Part shown: piece after piece, positions 1-12,413 of the stretch
How positions within the stretch are numbered: the stretch's first letter is position 1
Layout of the letters: the number at the start of each line of letters is the position of its first letter
Source: Phoronis australis
Taxonomy: Eukaryota; Animalia; Phoronida
Direction of reading: 5' to 3'
Assembly: GCA_002633005.1 (NCBI GenBank)
Contig: NMRA01000297.1
Span: 211,337-275,336, forward strand
Length of the DNA stretch: 64,000 nt
Notes under the pieces: model-generated
Databases searched by the model: none
Seen by the model: the letters and a program-made list of their open reading frames with translations, nothing else
Told to the model about the DNA's origin: nothing
Made by a program: the position numbers and the translations under genes

Positions 1-1375
1 GTCCAAATTGTTCCATTTCAAATTGTTATGAGATATCGTTGATAAACCAAACAAGCAGTTTAAATTCTTCAAAATTTCGAGAGTAAGTGGAATGCGCAGC
101 CTTAACTACTGTTGTAATTCCAAACTACGTGGTTACCATGGAAGTAATTTAAATTGTCAGGTTTGTGCGGAGGGAAACTATAAATGGTCTGAACATGCTT
201 CACGTTTTTTATCACGACAGCCATCAAGACTGAAATTGATGTTCCTGATCGTCAAAATATCTGGTTACAATGTTACCAACACCCAAATTAGCTTTGTTAC
301 ACCCCAAAGTTTCAACTGAGGACCACTCTAAATAACCTAGACATGGTTGCCTGATTGTAACAAGACGTTTCCTTCAAAATCGAAATTCCTTTTTTAGTTG
401 CCAAAGTAATTGGTTACCAAGGCAACCGTACATGTTTCAACTTGTCTACCCTTCTAAACGTCAAGGGAGGGTCAAAAAAGTATTAAATGCATGGTTGCTC
501 TTTTCTATCATTACTTTGCCATCATTGATTTTGGGCCGACGGACTATGAACGTCAACACCACTCATCATCTGGTTAATTAGTAGGCTCATTGGAAAGGCT
601 TGATAATGAAGAACACCACGTGTTATCTCTTCATTGGACTCGGGTACTACAGCACGCGCACCTTTATCGGGGACGAGACTAGTCGGCCAGTCAGTCAACC
701 AGCAAGAGTTGAAGGTGACATGTATGGAAATATCCGAGAACAAAGGTTTCTTTTATTTTGCATTCACGTGTTGTAACATGGAGTTAATGGAAATAATACA
801 CAACGCAAATTTGCTGCATAGGAATGCATGTATAATTACATTATCTTTGGACTTAAGTAAAAATACACTTTGATTAAGACGAATAAAGTTAGCGACTGTT
901 TGTTGGTCACATTTGTGAATACAATTAGTAAGAATAATTTTCTATAATGAACAGATCTTTAAAACGGATACATTTTGCGATTTGACATATATGTACAGTC
1001 ACAGAAATCTTAAACGAATTGTAATTCCTTGTGAATACATGTAACACTCAAATAATAGATTCTATATTCAGATGCACAACAAGGAATCAGTCAATAAAAG
1101 CTGAATTTAACAAAGTTACAAATCATGCATGAAATCTGGCCTGGTGTACATGTATTGTTGACGTCTCACAAGTTAAAGGTGGCGGGTTCAAATTTCACAA
1201 AACCCCCATTAGACCATTCAGTAACTACCATGTTGTTAATTAGCTCTTGGCTAACAATAAATCTCCCACAAATTATGTTTATTAGTAATACACAAAAGGA
1301 CAAGAAAACGCAATATATATGTATAAATATATATACCACCGGGGGAAATTTCCTTAAATGCAGGGAAATAACAAT

Positions 1376-1732
1376 TCATAAAGTGAACGCCCTCTGGCGA
1401 AGAGGAGGAGCCTCACTGAACTCCACAGGAAGATTGTCGACCGGATATGGTACGGGCAAATGTTTTATTCTGGTATTATTGGTCAATAATCTCCACGTGC
1501 AATTGCGAACGAGTTCAACACCAAGCGTTGCCAGCGTTAACGTGGTGAATTTTTCGCCAATACACGAACGATTGCCGCTTCCAAATGGCAAGTAGTGGTA
1601 TTCGTCTATTTTCGTAGGATCGTTCATCCAGCGACCAGGATCAAACTTATCCGCGTTCCTAAAGATAGTCGTGGTTTCATGAATGTCCCGAATACTGTAT
1701 GCCACGGTCCAACCTTTGGGGATTTGAAAACC
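1376..1732 (-). CDS. CYP26: CYP26 exon 5 (PERF-like motif, heme-binding motif, stop)
   Basis: TAG acceptor; GFQIPKGWTVAYSIRDIHET...FDPGRW...YLPFGSGNRSCIGEKF...PVPYPVDNLPVEF; TGA at 1378-1376. Exon lengths 180+199+299+417+357=1452 nt give an open frame of 483 aa. Confidence 0.95.
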   Translation of the reverse strand, partial: GFQIPKGWTVAYSIRDIHETTTIFRNADKFDPGRWMNDPTKIDEYHYLPFGSGNRSCIGEKFTTLTLATLGVELVRNCTWRLLTNNTRIKHLPVPYPVDNLPVEFSEAPPLRQRAFTL

Positions 1733-2385
1733 CTACAACAGAAAGTCCAGGTTGCAAATTATGTCTGACATTTTCCACGCAATGGTAAGTATAAAAGCTG
1801 GTTTAATTAGAACACATAAAATACATGTATTAGTAAGATACGTATGATGTGCTTTTAACCGTTTTCACATTGAGAACTGTGGTTTAAACATCTTTAGGAC
1901 CAAGTAGCCTTACGCATCCTTGACATGAAGTCAACACAACTGGTCACTGGCATGGCAACGACCTGTTTGCTGCTTTGTGAAAGCATAGTATTTACTGCTT
2001 CGTTTTCCTCAAACGTTTAAAAACTCGCTTATCTAACAACGATATTTTGGTACACATTGGCTTACTTATAATCTCTCCATGTTTAGCTGCAAGATGTGTA
2101 ATGCAAAAATAGCCAATCACATTATCCGTTTAGTTTTTGAAAGTTAGTTCCCATAACTAAATTTCAATTGATTTTAGTTCGTTCAATACTTAAGTCTTTA
2201 GAATTCGAAACTCGGTGATGCGATTGGAAGATGGTGGTAAAAACATGCAACTGTCTGGTTGAGCGCGGCAAATGTGTGATGTGAGAATCGAATTCTGTGT
2301 TTCAAAGTCAAATTACTCCAGTACAAAGAAAAAACATTTGACACTATTGATCTCCCAAACAAGTGACAGTGTGACAGATATTTAC

Positions 2386-2802
2386 CTCAAGTTCAAAAGA
2401 TCTGATTACTTTTCTGTAACCAGCACCAACAGGCGGAGTAACACGAAGAACTTCTTTCACAACGTGATTGACATACTCCAGTTTACTCAATTTTTCGTAG
2501 CTCAGGTCACCGGCTTCATGATTGCTTGTCAATTCGTGCTCGAAGAGTTCCGCAGAAATTCTCTCAACCACTTCCGGATTTTGAGCGAGATTTAAAATCA
2601 TAGAGCAAGCAGCAGAAGACATTTTCTCATGGCCCGCAAACAGCATTTCTAGAGCGTCATCTTTAAGCTCGTCCAAGCTCAGCTTCTGGCTTTCTTCCTC
2701 TGAGAACAGTGTTGTCATGGCGTCGCTAGAGTCATCTTTGTTCAAATTGTGTTTAAGCCTTTCTTCTATTTTGGCGAGCAGAACATTTCTGGCTTTCATT
2801 CC
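2386..2802 (-). CDS. CYP26: CYP26 exon 4 (I-helix and K-helix ExxR)
   Basis: AAG acceptor; GMKARNVLL...ELKDDALEMLFAGHEKMSSA...VVKEVLRVTPPVGAGYRKVIRSFELE; GTAAA donor, phase 0. Confidence 0.94.
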
Positions 2803-3006
2803 CTTCAAAATAAATAGTTAATACCTATAAAGCTTAATAACTATTTAACGTTACAATTTTGTTAGTAATGTATTCAATAACTTCTCATTTTCAATTTATA
2901 CCGGTTTCTTTGGACCTCTCCACACGTTTACGTTTCTACTCTCCGTCCCAAAACTAGATGAGATCACAGATACGTTTCACACCCTTTTAAGATGATTTCT
3001 TTTCAT

Positions 3007-4177
3007 GGGAGGTTCACAAATTATGTCATCAAAAATTTGCCATAACCCCTCATCATGATATAGCCTCCCGGTCCATCTTCTAATTACGTCATGACAGCCC
3101 AACCCCCTCCTGTTTTTGGAAGAACCGACTATTCGGTGGAGATAACGTCTTTACGATGATTTACTAATGTCGGTTTATAATCGTAAGTTGCCATTGCCGC
3201 TGTTGTATTAAAAATGAAATAAAGTACGCCATTTCAACTAACCGAACTTACTTCAGGGAAGTGCGTACAGGGCAGGGAAAACAAAATGCTTTTAAGGGTA
3301 GCCTTTTTATGCACCCGCATAAGGCCGTCATCGCTGTCCGTTGTTGTATCTTGCCTTGCAGGATCTTAATGAGATTTGGCAAATATTTATCTATAAAGCC
3401 GACAAAGCCGAATTTCGGCCAATCCGACTAACGCTCTCCTCATAGCAGCAATTTTATTTTTTGTTTGCCTATGCATCTTTTGACTTCCTTGATGTTTGTA
3501 TTAAGGAGGCGAAAACGCCTTCTAATTTTCAGACGGACTTTTAAGATATATTTGCGCCACCTGGTGATTATGCTTTTGTCCTTAGCCTCTCTATCTGCTA
3601 AACAATTTAAAGGATCATTATGACCATTGGCATATTTGGTCCTGATGAGAACACCGCAACTGACGTTGACTTTCGGACGGGTGTTCTGCTCTGGCGCTCC
3701 CTGGTGGGAATTTTGTTTTTAAGTCCATAGCTGTACCTCCTTACTGAAAACTGTGTCGGCCTTTGGTGGTGATTCTGTATTTTTAGCGGCCATGGCTATA
3801 GGTCTACATTTGTAACAATGGCTGCCCACGACTTTTTGGACGGCTCTGACCATGCGCACACCCAGCCTTTGAATATGGGGGGCTCGAATTTCTAGAGATG
3901 TGGATCTTTTGCTGACAAAAAAACGACAAGACTAAAAAAGGGGTTTAGTGGACTTTTGTCTCGTTTTCTCGGACCTTTTGTTTCTCTGAGGCGCGTCCAA
4001 GTTTGGGAATTAATTAATTCTGCAAGGTGAACCAACAATGTGTACTGCGATGGCCATATTCTAATAAACCACATGACGACGTCACCATGAGTCTAACCCC
4101 CTCCACCCTGTCATAAATCGTCATCTTTTCCAAACCCCTCCTCCCTCGAGTTATGACGTAATATGTGACCGCTCCCT
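3007..4177. mobile_element. Degenerate TIR element (PIF/Harbinger-like) with nested insertions, CYP26 intron 3
   Basis: GGGAGGTTCACAAATTATGTCAT at the left is an imperfect inverse of ATGACGTAATATGTGACCGCTCCC(TTA) at the right; left TSD not preserved. Confidence 0.35.
3851..3995 (-). mobile_element. Partial copy of the 12172-12413 MITE family
   Basis: CATGCGCACACCCAGCCTTTGAATATGGGGGGCTCGAATT...GTGGATCTTTTG aligns to the reverse complement of about 12270-12413. Confidence 0.7.
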
Positions 4178-5275
4178 TATTGCAACACAAGTATAAAAAA
4201 TACAATAGTGGTGCAGAGAATTAACCCAGAAAACCTATCATTATATTCAAGGCTTAGAACTCAAACGTAGGTTTAAACAACATACAAAAGACGAATGTAA
4301 TGTCAGTAACACTAAACACGAACATACAGCTGTGTAAAACTGGTAAAATAAGTAATCAAAACGTAAAGTTTTGGGCTTTGTTAGTGCACCCGCTTAGCGT
4401 GTATTCCGCGCTAATACTAATTTCTGAAAAAGTACATTTCTCAGGGAGAATGCACAATTAAACAAAAGCAACGAAAATGTGCTCACGACTGCATTGCAAA
4501 TTGTATGGCATCCCCTTGAGAAAGCAAATGTCAAGTTTCTAAGGGTTTTCATTTGCACTGTATGACATAACTGGACTAATTAGCCACTGCGATGTCAAAT
4601 GTGAAAGTCGACTGATGGTGACACTTCCCAGCCACGTTTCCCTTTGTCAATGTCTATCTAAAAGTGTGCCAAGCCATTTTACAATAATCAACAGACAAGC
4701 AATATTTTGTCGAAAGCTAAGGGACTAAAGGAATGCTATGATAGTCCAATCTGTCTCGTAATCAATTGGTGTCGACGCAACCCAATCACAAACTTTGCTT
4801 CCGTGTCAAATTTGTCAAAATCCGTCAAGTCGTTTTGACAAGGAAAATCTAGAATTACTAATAGGGGTCGCTAGGGTGGTCGACGGGTCTTATTGGTGCC
4901 GAGGAATTTACACGTGAGGTTTCAGAGAAATACGTGAAGTCGTTTCGCCAAAAAAATGACAGACAAGAAATTTCTGATCTAAAAATACACCAATTAACAA
5001 GGGGTGTCACGATAGACGAGTGCGCCCGAATTGAAATACGAGAGGTGCCGGTGCATCCATGACAAATAAGTTATTTTATGTATCAAATTTCATAATGATC
5101 GGACGAAATGTTGATTATATGCGACCACAAATAATGTTGTGGTGGTAAAAAATTATGTTATTTATAAAGAAATAAAACTAACTTTTACCAAGACATGTAT
5201 GCAGCAAAAGCTGCAGGTTATGCTTGAAAGTAAACAAGACGAGCAAGCAAACAACAGTCTACAGTTTATACTCAC

Positions 5276-5574
5276 TTTGTTCAGACCGAAGCCAGGAATG
5301 TTAAACGGTAAAGAAAACATGTTCTTTCCAACATCATCGAAGATTTTGATCATTTGTATTTTTTCTTTTTCCGTGAAGTCAAAACCAAGTAAAACTTTGG
5401 CAGAAATACTAAAGGCCAGATTTCTGCATTCTGGGTAGCCCAGAACAAAGCCCTGTCGGCACCAGTTGTGAATGTAGTCTTTGAGGACAGACTGTAACGC
5501 AGGCATGTAACCAGCCAGAGCTTCAGGCGAAAATGCTTTCATAACAGAGGCTCTGCGCCATCTATGAGTCGCGC
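5276..5574 (-). CDS. CYP26: CYP26 exon 3
   Basis: TTTCAG acceptor, phase 1 completes a Gly codon; (G)ATHRWRRASVMKAFSPEALAGYMP...NMFSLPFNIPGFGLNK; GTGAG donor, phase 0. Confidence 0.93.
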
Positions 5575-5627
5575 CTGAAACAGATTAATCGAATTGAAAC
5601 GTTTAAAAGCATTAGTCCAAAAGAAAA

Positions 5628-5714
5628 ATGATTAAACCTGGGTAGAAACAAAATAATGATTAGGACTGGGTAGAAACAAAATAATGATTAAGACTGGGTA
5701 GAAACAAAATAATG
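5628..5714. repeat. 28-bp tandem repeat x3
   Basis: (CTGGGTAGAAACAAAATAATGATTARGA)n; GGTAG recurs at 5641, 5669, 5697. Confidence 0.9.
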
Positions 5715-7846
5715 CTCTGTTAATCCTCTCATCAACCCAAATTCAAAGTTTGTTTTAAAAGCTCCTAACGTACAGCGAGCCTGATAGTGACCATTAAGTG
5801 GTGCGCAATGGCACGTAAACATTGTTGGCAATCATGACCAAAGGTGTGTCATCGATTTCACTGACGAAAGCACGTTTTTGGGATTATTATTGTGTGGGGT
5901 TAACTTTTTGAAATTGTTAGTTTTTGACCAGAGCAAAAATAACAACAAACGTAAAGTTTCGTGATTTTCTTACAAATCGCCAATTTTCCCCATTATAAGG
6001 AATATCTGCCAGGCATTCGCTGAAATCCAGGTTGGTAAATTTACCAGTTATAAGCACTAAAAATACATCGTCGACTGGGATACAGCTCCGCCAGCAGAAC
6101 GTTAAATCATTTTCTCGCCAATGACGCCCCTTTAAAATTTTCGGGAATGACAGTTTAGCCCCCCCCCCAACACTGACAGCTGGTTAGAATACCCAGGACA
6201 GTAACATTTAGTTCAGTGAGGTACACGCACTGGCACGTAACTCCGTAGCAGTGGTTATACCTCTCGGAAATATGAGTGAAATGTCTGTGTACCGTGCGGA
6301 GCTGCATGTCATGTCGTGAGCCACCATGACATTTGCAAGATTAGTGACACGTATTGGCAGGTAAATCAACGTGGCAATGTTTACAGCACACGTGAACGAA
6401 AGTGAAATATCTCCAAACTGTGAACAAGTGCGTGCTATGTCGTAGAGATAATTTTGAAATGTGTAAAGATTGGACTCGCATTGACTTGCGAAAATTTAAC
6501 GTGAACCACTCGAGAATAAGTCGTCGAGTCCACCTGAGTACTGCGAATGCTTGTCACGGCGCGTCATGAAATAATGTTCTCGTAGAACTGTAAGGTCCTT
6601 ATTGTGTGAAGTGAACCATTTCCCGTACTCGCGACATCTTCACGGCAATCAATAGTGTTTGAACAAGTCTAACAAGTAATTTTCGAGACGGTTTGACTGG
6701 TGAAATCGAAATCCTTGTATTAATAAAGAAGTTAGTTCATTTTTACCCAACGAAATACATAGAAATTAGAAAAAAAATAGACGCGTTAGGTTCTCTGGTA
6801 CTTGGCAATGAATAGTTTTAGCAATTCTTATAGATAATTGCCGTGCGAGTCGGGATCATGCTGGATAAAAGTGCAACGGGAATGCTTACATTGGATTGAT
6901 ACATGTACATGTATCTCGCCTTGCCACGATGTAGAAATCGCTGTCTTCTGGAGTTGAAACCAAACCTAGGCTTTTTGTAATGCCGGACATTTCTGGAGTT
7001 GTCACCGTCTGTCATTGCGGCCCATATTTTTTCTGGTGAACAGTGCGCAAAGACAGCACCAACAGGAATCCGCTGAACTGATACGTTTCGGCACGCCAAA
7101 TTGTTTGCCAGTGCCCGCTAAAACGTCGCACAAGTATGAAGGTGATTCACAGAGAATTTTGAAATGTTTACATGGCGGCAATTATCTTTTCGGTAAGGTG
7201 ACAGATGATTTTAGATAGATGCCACCCACTTACTCGCTTTTATGACAAACTCAACTTCTGACGTCTTCAAATACTTCTAAAAGGAAATGATTTCTATAGA
7301 TCGTGTGTAACTACGACTGCTAGCGATGCTGGCCACAAGGCCTGACGGCTTACGCTATCCGTAAAAAAGAATCAACAATCGCATCCTGAGTCTGGTGAAG
7401 GCGTGTACAGTACGCACGTTATCGTGCAACGGCATTTGTGTTGCGAACAGTACGTAAAGAATGCATGAAACGTGCACCAAGTCAGCGCAGAACAGGAATA
7501 CGCTGAAGCCAATTGACGAGCCAGTGCGTGCCGTAAAATTGTGCTAGTGTCGGGTAGCTTACATGTATGTCTGTGTACTTTTACAGGAGTACGCCACCAT
7601 GCCGTAGAGAGAATTTTTAAACGTCTAAGCATTTGGCAGGCATTGGTATGCGGGAATCAAACGTGAATTCCACGTGAAGAAGTCATGAAGTACACGAGAG
7701 AACTGCGTACAATGTGTGGGAAGAATGTGTCATATGCATGACACAATTGTGACATCGACCAATTACGCGAAAATACCGTGTCTCTGTTGTTCAAACCATG
7801 TTACTAACGTTTGACCGACTGATGGTGGTTGGGAAATACTTTTTAT

Positions 7847-8638
7847 CACAGGCGCTTGGGTTTATCGCAAATTACGTCACTCAATAATATATATAAGAAA
7901 ACATAAAGGTTGGACACTCGAAATCTGTTTGCTCAGAATTTTCTACTCAAATGTGCATGGAACTCCACGAAACTAGCATCGGACAACTCTTAGAATACCT
8001 TCTTTCATTTGATCTCTTCAAATTGCCTTCGAGTGGTGATTTGGCGACAAAAATGNNNNNNNNNNNNNNNNNNNNNNNNNNNNNNNNNNNNNNNNNNNNN
8101 NNNNNNNNNNNNNNNNNNNNNNNNNNNNNNNNNNNNNNNNNNNNNNNNNNNNNNNNNNNNNNNNNNNNNNNNNNNNNNNNNNNNNNNNNNNNNNNNNNNN
8201 NNNNNNNNNNNNNNNNNNNNNNNNNNNNNNNNNNNNNNNNNNNNNNNNNNNNNNNNNNNNNNNNNNNNNNNNNNNNNNNNNNNNNNNNNNNNNNNNNNNN
8301 NNNNNNACAGACATGACTCGTCCGTCATGCTGGGCCATCTATTGTTCTTTATTGTAGTTGATTGTCTGCTCTCTATTTGATTTCTTCGCTAGTCACATGA
8401 ATGTTATCGTGTTATCGTGTTATTCATAATTAACGCCTTGATCGTCTTGATTGTCGTCGTCTCCCTCATCGTCGTCTTTTCGATTAGTTCCGCCAAGTGT
8501 CGCTCCTCCGAGCGCTCTCGTTTGGATTTTGGACGGTTGAAGTTGGGAGCCTCGGCTTTGCAAAGTTTAAGTGTCCAACCTTTATGTTTTCTTATATATA
8601 TATTGTGACATCATTTGCGATAAACCCAAGCGCCTGTG
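7847..8638. mobile_element. Non-autonomous DNA transposon with ~70-bp TIRs and 8-bp TSD (P- or hAT-like); contains the assembly gap
   Basis: CACAGGCGCTTGGGTTTATCGCAAAT...ATTTGCGATAAACCCAAGCGCCTGTG; CTTTTTAT duplicated at 7839-7846 and 8639-8646. Confidence 0.85.
8056..8306. other. Assembly gap (N run)
   Basis: 251 N bases. Confidence 1.
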
Positions 8639-8977
8639 CTTTTTATAAAGTGGTTTTCTGAGATTAGCTCCGACGAGTTGTAGAACGTCGGTGGAACTTA
8701 TAGCAGCCTCGTTCCCTGGCATCAAATGGCTAAACTGATCAGCGCCATCTTGAGACTGAACTTTCAGTCACACGCTCAGCTAACGAAGCAAAATGTCATT
8801 CGATAAACGGAAGAGTGCACCTTGATGTCCGTGAATGTCTGGCAGACAACGGCGAAAATTAGCCATTTGTAACAAAATTATTTTGTTGTTTTATAGCTCT
8901 GGTTGAAGCCTATCCCATCTTACAATAATTCCGAAGATGCCATGCAAACAGCGTCTAACTTCCTACTCCAGCCTTAC

Positions 8978-9176
8978 CAGTAGACTGCGCTAGAGCGCCC
9001 TCTCCCATCAGCATCCGGGTACTCTTGGGCCAATTCATGGTCACCAAGACATCTTCGCCAAGTAAAATTTTTCGCACGTTTTGAGCACCGTTCACTCTAA
9101 TCGTGGGTCTTCCCAAAATGTGACTTTTGTACACGTTGCCGAACTGTCGCCGACGTTTTCGGTAGAAGTCGTAACC
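8978..9176 (-). CDS. CYP26: CYP26 exon 2
   Basis: CAG acceptor; GYDFYRKRRRQFGNVYKSHILGRPTIRVNGAQNVRKILLGEDVLVTMNWPKSTRMLMG resembles CYP26 KTHL.GRP..RV.GA.NVR.IL.GE..LV...WP.S; GTAAG donor, phase 1. Confidence 0.95.
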
Positions 9177-10849
9177 CTGGCAATAAAGAAAAGACACGCT
9201 TAATGGCTACGTATTTCAGTTACAATATGATCAGTGGATAGTCTACGGGCATGAAGTTCAACCTGCCCTAAAATGCACTTGAAGCTCCCTTCCGCTTTAT
9301 TTCTCATCACACGCGAAAACAAGGAATGTGCAGAACGAGCGCGTCAAATTCCATATAATTTTGCCAAGATGGTAGCGCCGGTTACAACATTTCAGTAGCA
9401 AGCAATCAGGATTTTCAAAGGCCCATTAATGGCCTGCCTCGGTTTTGATTGGGTTTGAATGATCCACGTGACAACACGATGGTACGATAAATTTGAGACC
9501 GTCTGTATATCGGTAACGCGTGGTTTACACTGGCAAATATTTTGCAAATAAACGTTAGGTTGAGTTTGTCGGTGTACACCGGCGGACTTAACTGGACTAG
9601 GTTGGATTCTGGTTTTTAGGCTATTTCTTGGTTTTGATTTCACTCGTTTTACAGAAACGAATAAAGATACGCTACCTGACGTTTTAGTCTCCTAGTCAAC
9701 TTGACCTTCTTAAAACTTTGAAAAGCAGCAAAAGTGCATTTCACACATTTATTCACAGTATTGTATGGAAATACGGAAAGCAGCAGCCAGAGTATCGTGT
9801 GAATTATCAGAATTTTTGTCCTACTCTATTTTTGTTCTGATGGTTTTTGACGATGATAGTTTCGTCTGTGACTTCGAATAGGGACTATCGATAACTTTTA
9901 GCTACCGTAAACGCAAACATTTTCGTCAGACATTACTAGTTTCGTGTTTTTGATTGAATTGTGCATCTCAGAAAAATGTTCACAAAACTTGACTTCCAAT
10001 TGAGCACCTAGTATCTTTGAAACACTATTCGCGAGGATCAATATTCACGGTGTTTGTTTGTAACTTCTCAACACCAAAAATACTCGTTTAAAAACTACAG
10101 AAAACTTGGTGCGTAAGGGCAACCTGGAATTACATGCACAACTGCAAGCAACGTTGTCTGAACGACTGACGAGCTGTAATTGTGTTAACCACGCTGCTCA
10201 GTCTTGACAATGCAAACTTCGTTCTTCAATCTTCATGGTATGGTTTCCGAAGCTTCCTTTATATGTATTGTCCGATTATCCGTTAAGGTACAGCCTGGAG
10301 CCACGCGAAAAATTCCGGCCCCTCTCGTACCAACGGGGATTATTCACGTGGTCAAGGGAGGAAGACAATCCATTATACTAAAAAGTATGCAGCTAAGGGC
10401 CTCGCGATCGCACGAAATTGGGGCCTGTCACGTTTGCCCCCTTAAAAATCGTCATGACTGCCACCAGTGTAAGTGAAAATTGGGGCCCCGTTTGGTAGCC
10501 GCAGGGGTCCTTCAAAAGTTGCGACTAAGTCACCTGCTGATGATCACACCTGATAATCATGCAAACAGGCGAGCTGAAATTTGTCGGCACAAGGCCATTA
10601 AAGTGGATGAGGGTGTTCAAAATAACATGGACTGCCTTAGGAACACATGGATAACGTTACTGCAATGTATGGAGAGCTAAATTTTCGCGAGTTAAGGTAC
10701 TTTGTTCACTTCGTAACGCACTGTAGATCCACAAGTGTCGCGAAAACGTTAAGACCTCGCAAGCTTTTGCAAGATATCGCAATGCATTGTAAGCAAAGCA
10801 AACTCATGATCATACTAATTTTGCTCTCGAATTAAGCAAAGATCCTGCA

Positions 10850-11410
10850 AACGGTTTAATAGATACAGTCATGAGCGCAAAAACAACAAAATTGTCACTA
10901 GGAGGTGCCAAAGTAGTCGAACTCGTCGGAAAATCGTCGTCAGCCGTCCACTTTATAGTAAGAACACACATGCCAATTTTCACAACCATCCTTTGAGCGG
11001 TTTGGTTGATAGATGGGTGGACGCAAAAAAAACAGACTCGAAAACAGTAAAAATGGTCATTAGATGAAGCAAACTAAGTCAAATCCATCTGAAAACGGGA
11101 GGATAGCGTCATCTCTTTAATAGGTGCCTATGTACCAAATTTTATGAAATTGCGTTCAGGAGTTTTGAAGATACAAAGGTAAACGTAAAAAAAACTAAAA
11201 TTGCCACTAGGGGGCACACCGGTAGTCGGATCCGTCTGTAAGCTCGCTCATACCGTCCCATCCACGGAAGGAACACATTATATGCAAAATTTCACGAACA
11301 TACGTTAAGGCGTTTTAGAGATAGAGCAACGGACGCCGGACGGACGGACGCCGGACGGACGGAGATGACGGCATAATGCGTCCACATATAAATATGTGGG
11401 CGCATAAAAA
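10850..11410 (+). mobile_element. Interspersed repeat with internal duplication, (GGAC)n microsatellite and terminal stem-loop (Helentron/HINE-like architecture)
   Basis: Two related units (AAAATTGYCACTAGG...GTAGTCG at ~10888 and ~11197), then GGACGGACGGAC, then hairpin ATGCGTCCACATAT-aa-ATATGTGGGCGCAT followed by AAAAA. Confidence 0.55.
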
Positions 11411-12171
11411 CAAGACTATTGGCGGAGACTTTGGGTACAGCTGAACAGGTTAAGTAGAACAATTCTCAAAGAGCTTTACTCAAGCACTTAAACGGAGCTG
11501 AAGGTTCGCGAGCTCGTCTGGTGGGTTGTTTGAATGATTAAAAAAACGTAGAATGTGCGAGAAACTCATTTCATTTCCTGAAACATAAAATAATTGTCTG
11601 CACGTCAGTGTTGCCGTTTTGTACCAGAAGAATTAGCCGCTGAAACTTCAACATTCTAATGATCATGGAGAATTTTGACTCTCACCAGCTTGTTCGATCT
11701 GACGGAAAAACAAACGAAATTCAACTTTTTAAAACTTAGAGCATTTTATAGTTGCTCAACACATATCGAAATACATTGCGCAAAATCAATTTTCGTGAAA
11801 ATGGTGCTCCCATCATGATGTTTGATGTTATCATAGTGACTCTTGGCATGTATTACGGTTTATGAAATCGTGTCCCGAATGAAAGAACTCCGTAAACAAC
11901 TAAACAATTACAGTATTGACACTCACTGGAAGAATAGGCAATGATTTTGTTATAACGAAGCTTTATAACGAAGCTTTTCCTCACGCCGAATGTCAGTCGA
12001 GCTTTATTCACATTTAAGACCGAATCATCAGGTGAGTCAGATAGTTAAGATGACTGTTGTATCACTTTGATTTCGTATGAACACACTTGAACAGGCTAAC
12101 AGTCATCACAACATTTCGCGTGTTACTAATCAGGCCGGGTGTTACTAATCAAAGAATTCTACTTCACGTTC

Positions 12172-12413
12172 CATGCGCGCACCCGGGGGGGGGGGGCTCC
12201 GGGGCTCCAACGAACCCCCCGCTATTTGGCGAAGTGGGCAAAAAGGTCCGCCTCTGAGAAACAAAAAGTCCGAGATAATGAGACACTAAACAAGCACAAA
12301 CGCGGAATTCACAGTGGTGCCACCGGTTTTTTAGTTCGCCCGCTTTTTTGTTACCAAAAGGTCCACAACGTCAAGAATTCGAGCCCCCATATTAAAGGCT
12401 GGGTGCGTGCATG
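12172..12413. mobile_element. MITE with CATGC termini and 5-bp TSD (hAT5-like)
   Basis: CATGCGCGCACCC...GGGTGCGTGCATG, flanked by CGTTC on both sides (12167-12171 and 12414-12418). Confidence 0.75.

Noticed and set aside
1125-2595. Plus-strand ORFs at 1125-1595 and 2272-2595
   Set aside because: Antisense shadows of CYP26 exons with no recognisable motifs
6150-7800. Repeat-like, CpG-richer block in CYP26 intron 2
   Set aside because: Probably transposon-derived, but no matching termini or TSD could be defined
7951-8380. ORFs spanning X residues
   Set aside because: Read-through of the N gap
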